In this document: positions 8,800 through 17,063 of the stretch, one piece after another
How the letters are laid out: each line of letters begins with the position of its first letter
How positions within the stretch are numbered: position 1 is the stretch's first letter
From: an uncultured Polyangiales bacterium
GTDB taxonomy: Bacteria > Myxococcota_A > Polyangia > Polyangiales > DASUME01
DNA: 64,000 bases
Reading direction: 5' to 3'
Assembly (NCBI GenBank): GCA_964515685.1
Contig: CAZEWA010000002.1
Span: 7,932 to 71,931, forward strand
Translations under genes and position numbers: made by a program
Notes under the pieces: generated by a model
The model's input: the letters and a program-made list of their open reading frames with translations, nothing else
Told to the model about the DNA's origin: nothing
Databases searched by the model: none

Positions 8800-9519
8800 T
8801 CACGCTTTAATCATCCAATCCTCCGCATGTTTTGCAGGCTCACTTTCGCTGCGCGTGCCTGCGGAGGGTGGGATGCTCGGGTGCTGCAGATACGACAAGA
8901 GCATGCGGACTACACCGTCGACGAGGCTTGGGTCATCGAGCAAATGGGGACGCTCCAACACAGTTCCGTGTGTGATGGCTTCGACCGTGAGTCCCACCAC
9001 GAGCGCTGCTTGATCCAAGTCTTTCAAACCTATCTCGTCGCGGTGGTGTTCCATGTGGAGACGGATGAGCTTGAGCGCCAAGTGGTCTGTGTTCGTGAGC
9101 CCTGAGTTTCGACCCTCGCTTTCGAGTGCCTTGTGCAGCGCTGGGTCTTGCTTGTGGACCTCGAGCATGCGCTCCACGAAGCGACGGAGGGCCACAGGCA
9201 CGCTTTTGTGCATGAGTTGCGCGATTTCTTGGTAAAGTAGCCCTTCTCCTTCGGCTTGGTGCCGGCGTCGCAGCTCGGTGATCAAGGCGCGTTTGCTCGG
9301 AAAATATTGGTAGAGCGACCCAATACTCACGCCCGCCAGGCGAGCTACGCGATTGGTCGTCAATGCACCAATGCCCTCTTTTGAAACGACGACTTTGGTC
9401 GCCGCAAGGATGGCATCGACGGTGTGCTGGGAGCGCTCCTGCTGCGGCTTTCTGCGGGATTTACGGGGCGAAGGGGTGCCTTTCGCCTTCTTCTTGGCCG
9501 TTGGAGAGGAAAGTGCCAT
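8800..9519 (-). CDS. TetR family transcriptional regulator
   Basis: N-terminal HTH TTNRVARLAGVSIGSLYQYFPSKRAL, typical of TetR_N. A basic Lys/Arg-rich N-terminal tail precedes it. Confidence 0.9.
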   Translation of the reverse strand: MALSSPTAKKKAKGTPSPRKSRRKPQQERSQHTVDAILAATKVVVSKEGIGALTTNRVARLAGVSIGSLYQYFPSKRALITELRRRHQAEGEGLLYQEIAQLMHKSVPVALRRFVERMLEVHKQDPALHKALESEGRNSGLTNTDHLALKLIRLHMEHHRDEIGLKDLDQAALVVGLTVEAITHGTVLERPHLLDDPSLVDGVVRMLLSYLQHPSIPPSAGTRSESEPAKHAEDWMIKA

Positions 9520-9600
9520 GCGCAGAGTGTGCGGTAAGTGTGTGCGCTTGACGACGAACTTTCGTACGCTTTTGGGAGACGATGACGTCAGCGCAATGGC

Positions 9601-10725
9601 CTATGCAGCCTGAGCAAGCTTGTTGCCGTCGAGCAGGAGTTTGCAGACTCCGTCTGTGTCACGCAGCTCGTACAGGACGGGCGGCACAAGATCTCGCGCC
9701 GGTGTGAGCGGCTGCATGGCTCCGCTGTCCGAAAGGGCTCGGGCTTCAGGAGAATCCAAGATCAAATACAGATGGCGACAGCCATCGCTCACGGGGACCA
9801 CTGCGACATCGACGATGTTACGGCGGTCGAGCGAGAGCTCGGTGTAACCGCGCCGAATCAGCATGCGCCGATTGGTCAACACGTACTCAGTCTTGCGACC
9901 CATGGCGCGGGCTCGGATGATGCCATGCCATACGAGCGTGGCCCCCACACCCGCCATGACGCTGAAAGACAGGGTGGTTGCGAGAAACAGGAGCAGCCAG
10001 GGTAGAGACTTCACTTGTAGGCCGAGGCCCTCGAGGTCGACCAGCAGGCCACCGGCTTGTGCGCCGTAACGAATCGCAAGCCACAGCACGAAGACGCCCA
10101 GCGCAGCGGTCAGGACGTCGCGCCAGCCGAGCATAAAGCCCTCGGGACCGCCTCCCCACACAACGTGTTCGTGGGCATCGAGTCGATCCGTAATTGGAAG
10201 ATCCGGATCGCCCAGGTGTTCACCCGCCTCGACCCCACGGATGCAGGCATAGACGCGATCAGGTGCTGCCACATGCAGAAGCTGGAGTCGCTGTCGGCGC
10301 GACAGGGGGCCGAAGGGCGTAGCGCGCACAAGCTCTAAATGCCCCACGCCGGGCGTCGCATGATTCCACACGATGCGGGCGTAGCTTATGGCGTGGCGAT
10401 CCACCCAGCGTGTCATGCGGCCACGACGCCACATGACGCGACGGTCGGTGACCACGTACTCGCAGGGATGGTGAAGAAAGTAAGGTGCGATAAGAACGGC
10501 GGTGGCCCAAAGAGTAAGGTAGACCGCCATTGCACCGATTTGTCGTGCCCCGGGAAGCTCTGCGACGATCAGAAGACCGGCGAACAAGCCTGCGATGACC
10601 GCAAACGAGAAAAGCAGCAGGGTCGCGAGCCACCACACCGGATCGCGCGCGGCCGTTTTTACCGGGCGACCGTGCCACAGGACCTTCTCCGACGGAAGCA
10701 GGCGAAAGGCACGCTCTAGGGTCAT
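9601..10725 (-). CDS. Membrane protein with two bacterial PH (bPH_2/DUF304, YdbT-like) modules
   Basis: ORF 9601..10932; start chosen at MTLERAF (10725). Two repeats of (two TM helices + YVVTDRRVMWRRG / YVLTNRRMLIRRG strand motif). Confidence 0.7.
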   Translation of the reverse strand: MTLERAFRLLPSEKVLWHGRPVKTAARDPVWWLATLLLFSFAVIAGLFAGLLIVAELPGARQIGAMAVYLTLWATAVLIAPYFLHHPCEYVVTDRRVMWRRGRMTRWVDRHAISYARIVWNHATPGVGHLELVRATPFGPLSRRQRLQLLHVAAPDRVYACIRGVEAGEHLGDPDLPITDRLDAHEHVVWGGGPEGFMLGWRDVLTAALGVFVLWLAIRYGAQAGGLLVDLEGLGLQVKSLPWLLLFLATTLSFSVMAGVGATLVWHGIIRARAMGRKTEYVLTNRRMLIRRGYTELSLDRRNIVDVAVVPVSDGCRHLYLILDSPEARALSDSGAMQPLTPARDLVPPVLYELRDTDGVCKLLLDGNKLAQAA

Positions 10726-10896
10726 TGAAATACGACTCCTTTCTCGATTGTACCCAGATGTTTCGCCCAGCGCAGCTGATGATTTGTCGGCTTGGGTTTG
10801 GAGCTGCCTCTGTATGGACGTGAAGCTAAGATTTGGAATGCACTGCCTGCGCAGGAGTTGACAGCGCGACCTGATTTGCATCAGCTCGTAGTTACT

Positions 10897-11724
10897 ATGG
10901 TTATAGAAGCTCTCTCGCGCGCCGAAACTCAACTGAGACCTCTCCTTGAGGCGCCTCCCCAGGTTGCCTTAGTACTGGGGTCTGGACTCTCTTCGTTGGC
11001 GGATGATTTCAGCGCGTCGCAGACTTTGCCGTACGCGGCGATTGCCGGCATGCCAGAGACGACCGTGGCGGGACACAAAGGTCAGCTCGCCTGGGGGCTG
11101 CTCGAAGGCGTTCCCGTGATGGCGATGCAAGGGCGGTTTCATTCCTATGAAGGGTATCCGCTTGAAAGTGTGGTTTTTGGCGTACGGTTGATGCTGCGCT
11201 TAGGGGCGCGCGTGCTCATCGTGAGCAACGCTTCGGGTGGTCTCGACCCAACGATGGCGCCGGGATCGCTGATGGTCATCAAGGACCACCTCAATCTTTC
11301 GGGGCGTAACTGCCTGGTCGGACCCAACGAGAGCGCACTCGGACCGCGTTTTCCAGACATGTCAGAGCCCTACGACCGCGGGCTGATTCGCCTCGCCCAG
11401 GAGGTTGCCGCGCGCCAAGGCGTGCCGCTTGCGCAAGGCGTCTACGCGGGCGTGCTGGGGCCGAGCTACGAGACGCCTGCCGAGGTGCGCATGCTACGTG
11501 TGTTGGGCGCGAGCGCGGTGGGTATGAGTACCGTGCAAGAGGTGATAGCCGCCAATCACATGGGCGCGAAGGTGCTCGGCCTCTCGTGCATCACCAACCT
11601 GGCGTCAGGGCTTTCTGCCGACAAGCTTAGCCACAAGGATGTGGAAAGCACCGCCAGGGCTGCGACCGAGCACCTGACGAACCTTGTGCGCGGGGTGGTG
11701 GCTGCCCTGGCGCCGCAGCTCTAG
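10897..11724 (+). CDS. Purine nucleoside phosphorylase (trimeric PNP/MTAP family)
   Basis: VALVLGSGL, GHKGQLAWG, QGRFHSYEGY, LIVSNASGGL, GPRFPDMSEPY, GPSYETPAE, GMSTVQEV and the CITNLASG motif series. Confidence 0.9.
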   Translation: MVIEALSRAETQLRPLLEAPPQVALVLGSGLSSLADDFSASQTLPYAAIAGMPETTVAGHKGQLAWGLLEGVPVMAMQGRFHSYEGYPLESVVFGVRLMLRLGARVLIVSNASGGLDPTMAPGSLMVIKDHLNLSGRNCLVGPNESALGPRFPDMSEPYDRGLIRLAQEVAARQGVPLAQGVYAGVLGPSYETPAEVRMLRVLGASAVGMSTVQEVIAANHMGAKVLGLSCITNLASGLSADKLSHKDVESTARAATEHLTNLVRGVVAALAPQL

Positions 11725-14700
11725 CGTTCGAGGCTGCGCACAGTTCGCGTGACTTCGTCGCGCGCGGTGTGACTTGCGGGGGCGATTTGTAGAAAGGTTC
11801 GGTAGTGGTCGAGCGCATCCGCAGTGCGCTTGCCGTCGCGCAAAGATTCGGCGTAAGCGTAATGAGCATCCGCGACCCACGTTGGCTTGTCGCTCAACTT
11901 ATCCCCATGGAGAACCGCTTCTGCAAATGCAGCGCGCGCTTCCTCGCGGTGTCCCTTGTCGACGTGCAGGGAGGCCAAGCGGTACCACCAGAAGCCTTCG
12001 GTCGGCACGGCACGCACGGCTTCCTGGTAGGTTTTGATGGCCTTACGCAGCTCGCGCAGCTGGTCGTACGCATCTCCTAGGCCCGCGAGGGCTTCGTAGC
12101 GTCCGGGTTTGAGGCGCAGAGTTTTTTGGAAGCTCTCCAAAGCATCCTTCACGGCGCCCATGCGGAGCTGCACGCGGCCGAGGACCCAATGTGCATCGCC
12201 TGAGGCGGGATCGCGCTCCAAGGCTGCGTTGACTTGCGTGAGCGCTCCACTCAGATTGCCGTGTTCGAGGTGGGTCCAGGCAAAGTGGGTTCGAAACTCG
12301 GCGCGAGTTGGCTCGAGATTTACGGCCTTTTCGAAGTGCTGCAGCGCTTGGGCCATGTCGTGTCGCGCGAACAGGATGCGGCCCAAGAAGTACTCACCTT
12401 CGGCGGAGTTGGGGCGCTCTTTGATAACCTCGCGCAAGAGCCCATCGGCCTCGTCGACGCGGCCAGCAGTCACGAGCGCCGCGCCCAAACGCAGCTTCAG
12501 ATCGAGATCCTGAGGGCGCAACGTCAATGCGTGGCGATATACCTCGGCCGCTCCTGCGTGGTCGCCGCGCATTTCCCGAAGCAGACCATGTTCTGTCGCA
12601 AGTCCCGGAAAAGCGGGGTCCACACTGGCGAGGCGCGCCAGGTTCTTTTCGGCTGCGTCGAGGTCGCCATGCTTTCTTTGAGCGATGCTCAAGCCGAAGA
12701 GCGCCCCGGCATCGTGGTCATCAAAGCGTAGTGCACTCGTAAATTGCGCGATGGCTTCGGGGAGATGGTTGCGAACGAGCTCCGAGTTGCCGAGCAAGCG
12801 TCGCACCTCTGCGCTGTCTTGCACTTTGCCTGTGGCGGCGGCGAGGACGCGCGATGCTTCCTCAGGCCGCTTGCGCTTGAAGAGCAGCTGAGAGAGCGCC
12901 ACGTAGCCACTGAAGTTGTCTGGAACGAGCTCGATGACTTTCTTGAATGAAACCTCAGCTTCATCCCACTGTTCCAACGCTACCTGAGCATGTCCCAACC
13001 ACAGGCGGACATCGAAGTGCTCAGGGTTTTCCGCATCGAGGCGCTGCAAGCGCTCGAGTGCTTCGCGCCCGCGTTCGAGCGCAAGCAAAGCTTGGGCAGC
13101 GCCGACTCCGGCTTCGATGAACAGCGCATTGCTACTTTTTTTGTCCGCGGACTTGAGCGATAGCGCCGAGTCGTAGCGCGTGAGTGCATCGCGCGCGCGG
13201 CCTATGCGCATCAGCATGCGGCCTGAGCCGAGCAGCACGTCGAGCCGGTGTGGATCAGCCTTGAGCGCTTCTTCGTACGCGGCTTGGGCCTCGTTGGGAT
13301 GCTCGCTTCGCTCTTCGACCAAACCTTGCAGGGCAAAGGCGCGTGCGCGATCGGCCTTGGCAGCACGCACGCGCTTGCCGCCGATGTCGACCCAGCCGAG
13401 CGCTTGCTTTGCGGAGGTCATGGCGGCTTTTAGATCCCCGCGAGCGAGAGCACGCTCGCCTGCCCAGATGAGCGCCCCTGCATGCCGCGGGCTCAGCTTG
13501 AGTGTGGCTTGATTGGCAGCGTCGGCGGCGTCGAGATTCTGCTTTGCGATGTGCGCGCGCGTGATGCCCCAGGCAGCGCGGGCACCTGCACCGAGGTCTT
13601 GAGCACGCTGAAACGCCTGAAGTGCCTCGTCGGGCTTCTGCTCGCGTAAGGCAAGCTCCCCTGCGACTAGGCCTGCGTACGGGTCGTTGGGTTTGTCGTT
13701 GGCTGCAAGCAGACTGCGTGCTGCAGTAAGGTCGCCTGTGCGCACTGCATGCGCGGCACGGGCCAACGCAAGGCCTGACACGGAAGTTCCACGCTCCATG
13801 ACGCGAGTAAGAAGCGCGACCGAGCGCTGGGCGCTGTTCATGTCGTCTTCAAAGCGCAGCTGGTACAAAGATTCGTGCAGCAAGCTGCGCGCGAGAAGCT
13901 CCCTGCTCAGACCGGCTTCATTGCGCGCATCGCTCAGGATGAGCAAAGATTTACGCAGATCCGCGTGGGTGTCGCTTTCGGCCTTTTGTTCGGCGGCCGT
14001 GATGGCCTCCGCAATGCGCTTGGGGTCGCCTGCTTCCGGCAGGAATTGCTCCACGAGGTACACACCAAACCAACCATGGTCGGTCGCCAAGCCGAGCGTC
14101 ACGCCTGTGCCGAGCAGAGCCGTTACGATGCCCACAGGCCAGACCCATGCGGGTGCTGCCTTTCTAGGCGTCTTGGCTTTCTTTTGGGCATTGGTTGACG
14201 GGGCTTCATCGGCAGCGTGCTCGAGCTGCGCAAGGTCCGCGTCGGGCTGCGCGCGCGCGTCGGCAGGAGCTGGGATGGGCATCGGCATCGCGGCTGGTAC
14301 GGGCAAGTCGACCGGCAGGGCTTCGTCGTCCGGGAGTCCGAAATCGAGCTCGCCAAAGGCACTGCCACCTGCTGCGCCATGGTGCTTTGCTTGTTTGTGT
14401 GCGCTGGGCTTCGGCGGCGCAAAACGAGCCTCGGGCTCCAGCAGCGAATCGAGCTCCATGGTTTGGGCCGCAAACTTGGGTGCCCCTAGGTCTGCAAACG
14501 GGTCGAGCGAAGGTAAGTCCTCGAGCAAAGGGCCGGGCGCGTTGCTCAGCGAGGGCAAAGACAAGACCTCACCGTCGGGGTCTGCTGCGCTCGCGCCTGG
14601 CAGCTCGAGGTCGTCGATGGAGAGCGCCATGGTGGCGTTCATGGGCTGAGGCGCCGGGAGAGCTTGTGTCCCCCCCTTGCCGGCGAAGGCATCGAACGAG

Positions 14701-15884
14701 GGCTGGCCCTGCAAGCCTGCGCCCTGAGGCGTGCGCGCTGGCGCGGGTAGGTCGAGCTCGAAGTCCGGTGTCAGTGCGGCAGGGGCAGCCGCTGCAGGCA
14801 CGCGCGCTGCCTCGGACTTGGGGGGCGGCAGGTCGAGCGAGTCGCGACTCATCTGGCCTTGTGCCGTGCGCCCCCTTGCTTGAGACGGCGTGTGCTTCGT
14901 GGAAAGTGCGACGTCGGACGTGAACGCGAGCGGTGCCGGAAGATCGATGTCGTCGAACGGAATGGCGAGCGGGTTGCGCGGCTCTTTTGCCGTCGGTGCG
15001 GGTGCAGAGGCCTTGGGGGCCTCGAACGACATGCCTACCAGCTCGACTGCATTGTCGCCCAGGGCGCCGAAGCCCTGCGGCAGATCGAGTGAGTCCCTCG
15101 GCAGGCTACCCCCCGTCCTCGGGCTCGGTGCTGTGAGGATCGCGTGCTGGCTGGGAGCTGGGTGGGCGGGGGACTTTGGCTGCGTGCGGACGTCGTCGAG
15201 ATGGCCCATGGCGCCCGAGGCCAACCCGCGCATGGGCTCTGGATCGATGGCCAAACTGTCTTTGGGGAAGCTGTCCTGGGACAGTGCAGGGGCCGGTCGC
15301 TTTGGCGAGAAAACTGGGGCCGGCAGCGGACGGCTCTCCGGGGTCCCTTTGGGGGCTACATCGAACTCGAACTCCGTGGCGATGGGCGGAGCTTTGGCAA
15401 AGGCCTGGGCCTGGGGAGCGGCCGGGCCCGCTCCTTTCAGGGCCGGCAAATCGAGCTCTGGGCGCGCTGCTGTCCGCTTCGGAGCCGGCAAGTCAAGCTC
15501 GAGCTCGAACTCGGATGGCCCGCTTGCAGGTCCTCGCCTCAGGCCAGGCAGATCGGTGAGGTCGTCCTCAAATGAGGGGGCTAGCGGAACGGCTGCGGTG
15601 CGCCCTGGGCTCCCTTTTGTGGCTGGCAGGTCCGACAGATCTCCAAAAACCTGGCTGTGCGGCTTGGGAGCTGGCTTGGGCGCGGGCAGATCCAGCGAAA
15701 GCGAGAGCGAAATATCGGTTGGGGCAGCCCCTCCCGCGCTGGCCTCCGGATGGACGAACACCGGACCGCCGCAGGATGAGCAGCGCATTTTGAGTCCCGC
15801 TTTGGGGATTCGGCGGGGGTCCACTTCGTACGGCGAGCCGCACGCGTCGCACTTGACCTTGAGCATGCGCCTTGAGGGTATCAT
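11721..15884 (-). CDS. MJ0042-type zinc-ribbon protein with a long disordered repeat region, one TM helix and a large TPR domain
   Basis: Alternative ATG at 15866 (MLKVKCDACGSPYEV...MRCSSCGGPVFV, a CxxC...CxxC ribbon). TM helix WVWPVGIVTALLGTGVTLGLA, then >700 aa of TPR-like repeats. The stop overlaps the convergent PNP stop within CTAG (11721-11724). Confidence 0.8.
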   Translation of the reverse strand: MIPSRRMLKVKCDACGSPYEVDPRRIPKAGLKMRCSSCGGPVFVHPEASAGGAAPTDISLSLSLDLPAPKPAPKPHSQVFGDLSDLPATKGSPGRTAAVPLAPSFEDDLTDLPGLRRGPASGPSEFELELDLPAPKRTAARPELDLPALKGAGPAAPQAQAFAKAPPIATEFEFDVAPKGTPESRPLPAPVFSPKRPAPALSQDSFPKDSLAIDPEPMRGLASGAMGHLDDVRTQPKSPAHPAPSQHAILTAPSPRTGGSLPRDSLDLPQGFGALGDNAVELVGMSFEAPKASAPAPTAKEPRNPLAIPFDDIDLPAPLAFTSDVALSTKHTPSQARGRTAQGQMSRDSLDLPPPKSEAARVPAAAAPAALTPDFELDLPAPARTPQGAGLQGQPSFDAFAGKGGTQALPAPQPMNATMALSIDDLELPGASAADPDGEVLSLPSLSNAPGPLLEDLPSLDPFADLGAPKFAAQTMELDSLLEPEARFAPPKPSAHKQAKHHGAAGGSAFGELDFGLPDDEALPVDLPVPAAMPMPIPAPADARAQPDADLAQLEHAADEAPSTNAQKKAKTPRKAAPAWVWPVGIVTALLGTGVTLGLATDHGWFGVYLVEQFLPEAGDPKRIAEAITAAEQKAESDTHADLRKSLLILSDARNEAGLSRELLARSLLHESLYQLRFEDDMNSAQRSVALLTRVMERGTSVSGLALARAAHAVRTGDLTAARSLLAANDKPNDPYAGLVAGELALREQKPDEALQAFQRAQDLGAGARAAWGITRAHIAKQNLDAADAANQATLKLSPRHAGALIWAGERALARGDLKAAMTSAKQALGWVDIGGKRVRAAKADRARAFALQGLVEERSEHPNEAQAAYEEALKADPHRLDVLLGSGRMLMRIGRARDALTRYDSALSLKSADKKSSNALFIEAGVGAAQALLALERGREALERLQRLDAENPEHFDVRLWLGHAQVALEQWDEAEVSFKKVIELVPDNFSGYVALSQLLFKRKRPEEASRVLAAATGKVQDSAEVRRLLGNSELVRNHLPEAIAQFTSALRFDDHDAGALFGLSIAQRKHGDLDAAEKNLARLASVDPAFPGLATEHGLLREMRGDHAGAAEVYRHALTLRPQDLDLKLRLGAALVTAGRVDEADGLLREVIKERPNSAEGEYFLGRILFARHDMAQALQHFEKAVNLEPTRAEFRTHFAWTHLEHGNLSGALTQVNAALERDPASGDAHWVLGRVQLRMGAVKDALESFQKTLRLKPGRYEALAGLGDAYDQLRELRKAIKTYQEAVRAVPTEGFWWYRLASLHVDKGHREEARAAFAEAVLHGDKLSDKPTWVADAHYAYAESLRDGKRTADALDHYRTFLQIAPASHTARDEVTRTVRSLER
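14147..15737 (-). repeat. Protein-level short-linear-motif repeats ([DE]-L-[DE]-L-P) in the cytoplasmic linker of the zinc-ribbon/TPR protein
   Basis: At least 10 copies visible: LSLDLPAPK, LSDLPATK, LTDLPGLR, ELDLPAPKR, ELDLPALKG, DIDLPAPL, SLDLPQGF, SLDLPPPK, ELDLPAPAR, DLELPGAS, PVDLPVPA. The DNA shows recurring GTCGAGCTCGAA-type strings. Confidence 0.6.
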
Positions 15885-16041
15885 GGCTCACCAAGCGAAC
15901 TGATAGGTCCACGGACGATTACTCAAGCTTTTGGACGCAGGGGTAGGCGAATGGGGGCCTGAAAACTTGACCTGTCCCACTTGAGGAATTTAGGCTCCCC
16001 CCGGTGCACGGTGTACGCAGATCTGGGTTAGGGGGCTCCCT

Positions 16042-16353
16042 GTGAAGAAGACCGTCACGCTGGACATCGCAGGGGCGTCCTATCGCATGCAGGTGGATGC
16101 CGATGAAGAGCACCTGCGCAAGCTGGCCGACATCGTGAACGAACGCGTGCGGGCGCTCGGACCCAAGGCATTGCAGCGCGCCACACCGACGCAGCTGCTC
16201 GTGATGGTAGCGCTCGGCCTCGCCGATGACCTCCAGGCCGCAGAGAGCCGTTCACGTTCCGTTGAAGAAGCGACGCGGCGTGCCCTTACCCATGCCATCG
16301 CCCGCATCGATGCGCGCCTGTCGGAAGACATGCTGCATCCCGCGGATGCGTAG
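16042..16353 (+). CDS. zapA: Cell division protein ZapA
   Basis: GTG start. MKKTVTLDIAGASYRMQVDADEEHLRKLADIVNERV... followed by a coiled-coil tail. Conserved position directly upstream of the 5-formyl-THF cyclo-ligase gene. Confidence 0.8.
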   Translation: MKKTVTLDIAGASYRMQVDADEEHLRKLADIVNERVRALGPKALQRATPTQLLVMVALGLADDLQAAESRSRSVEEATRRALTHAIARIDARLSEDMLHPADA

Positions 16354-16388
16354 CGATTGCTAAAGCGCGAAAGCGCACGAGACAGCCC

Positions 16389-17006
16389 ATGAGTGCACCA
16401 GAAGGATACACGCCTGAGGAGATTGAACTCCTGCGGGCACGTGCGAAGGAAGAGCTGCGTCGTAAAGCTGCGGGGCTGCGACGCGCGGTTTCAGCAGAGA
16501 CCCGCGCCCGCTTTTCGCACGCGATGGCCACGCGACTGATGGAAAGTGAAATTTTTATGCGCGCCAAGGTGGTAGCAGCTTACTCGGCGCTGCGTTTCGA
16601 GATGGACCCTCGTGCGATTGTGGAGCATGCGTGTGCGCTCGGAAAAACCGTTGGACTGCCGCGTTTCGTAGCCGGAACGGGAACATTAAACCTCGCATCT
16701 TACCGTCTTGATGACGAGCTGAACGAATCGCACTTTATGGTCAAAGAGCCGCTTGAAAGTGCGCCTAGCATCGATCTCGAGAGCGTCGATTTGGTGCTTG
16801 TTCCGGGGCTTGCTTTTGATCCACGCGGACACCGTCTTGGTTTTGGGAAGGGGTACTACGACCGCTTTCTGCCGTGTATGCCAAACGCGGTACGTGTCGG
16901 TTTGGGGTTTGAGTTTCAAATGCTCATGGAAGTGCCTGCGGCTACGCACGATGTGCCCGTCGATCACCTGGCGACTGAGCGTCGCATGCTAGTCTGTGAG
17001 CGATAG
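16389..17006 (+). CDS. 5-formyltetrahydrofolate cyclo-ligase
   Basis: LVLVPGLAFDPRGHRLGFGKGYYDRFL signature; about 200 aa; located next to zapA. Confidence 0.9.
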   Translation: MSAPEGYTPEEIELLRARAKEELRRKAAGLRRAVSAETRARFSHAMATRLMESEIFMRAKVVAAYSALRFEMDPRAIVEHACALGKTVGLPRFVAGTGTLNLASYRLDDELNESHFMVKEPLESAPSIDLESVDLVLVPGLAFDPRGHRLGFGKGYYDRFLPCMPNAVRVGLGFEFQMLMEVPAATHDVPVDHLATERRMLVCER

Positions 17007-17063
17007 GCGAGCGCGGTTCCGCACGTTGGGGGATGCGGAAGGTAGTTGTGCTCGAGTGTCTTT

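Noticed and set aside
15885-16041. Possible structured small RNA upstream of zapA: an imperfect GGGGGCCT / AGGCTCCCCC stem and CTCAAG / CTTGAG pairing.
   Set aside because: The stems are short and imperfect, there is no terminator, and the region is the divergent promoter/5' leader of two genes. It cannot be distinguished from chance without covariation data.
16354-16388. 6S RNA (ssrS), expected between zapA and the 5-formyl-THF cyclo-ligase gene as in the E. coli zapA-ssrS-ygfA arrangement.
   Set aside because: The gap is only 35 nt, far too short for a ~180-nt 6S RNA. The synteny is conserved, but the RNA, if present, must be elsewhere.
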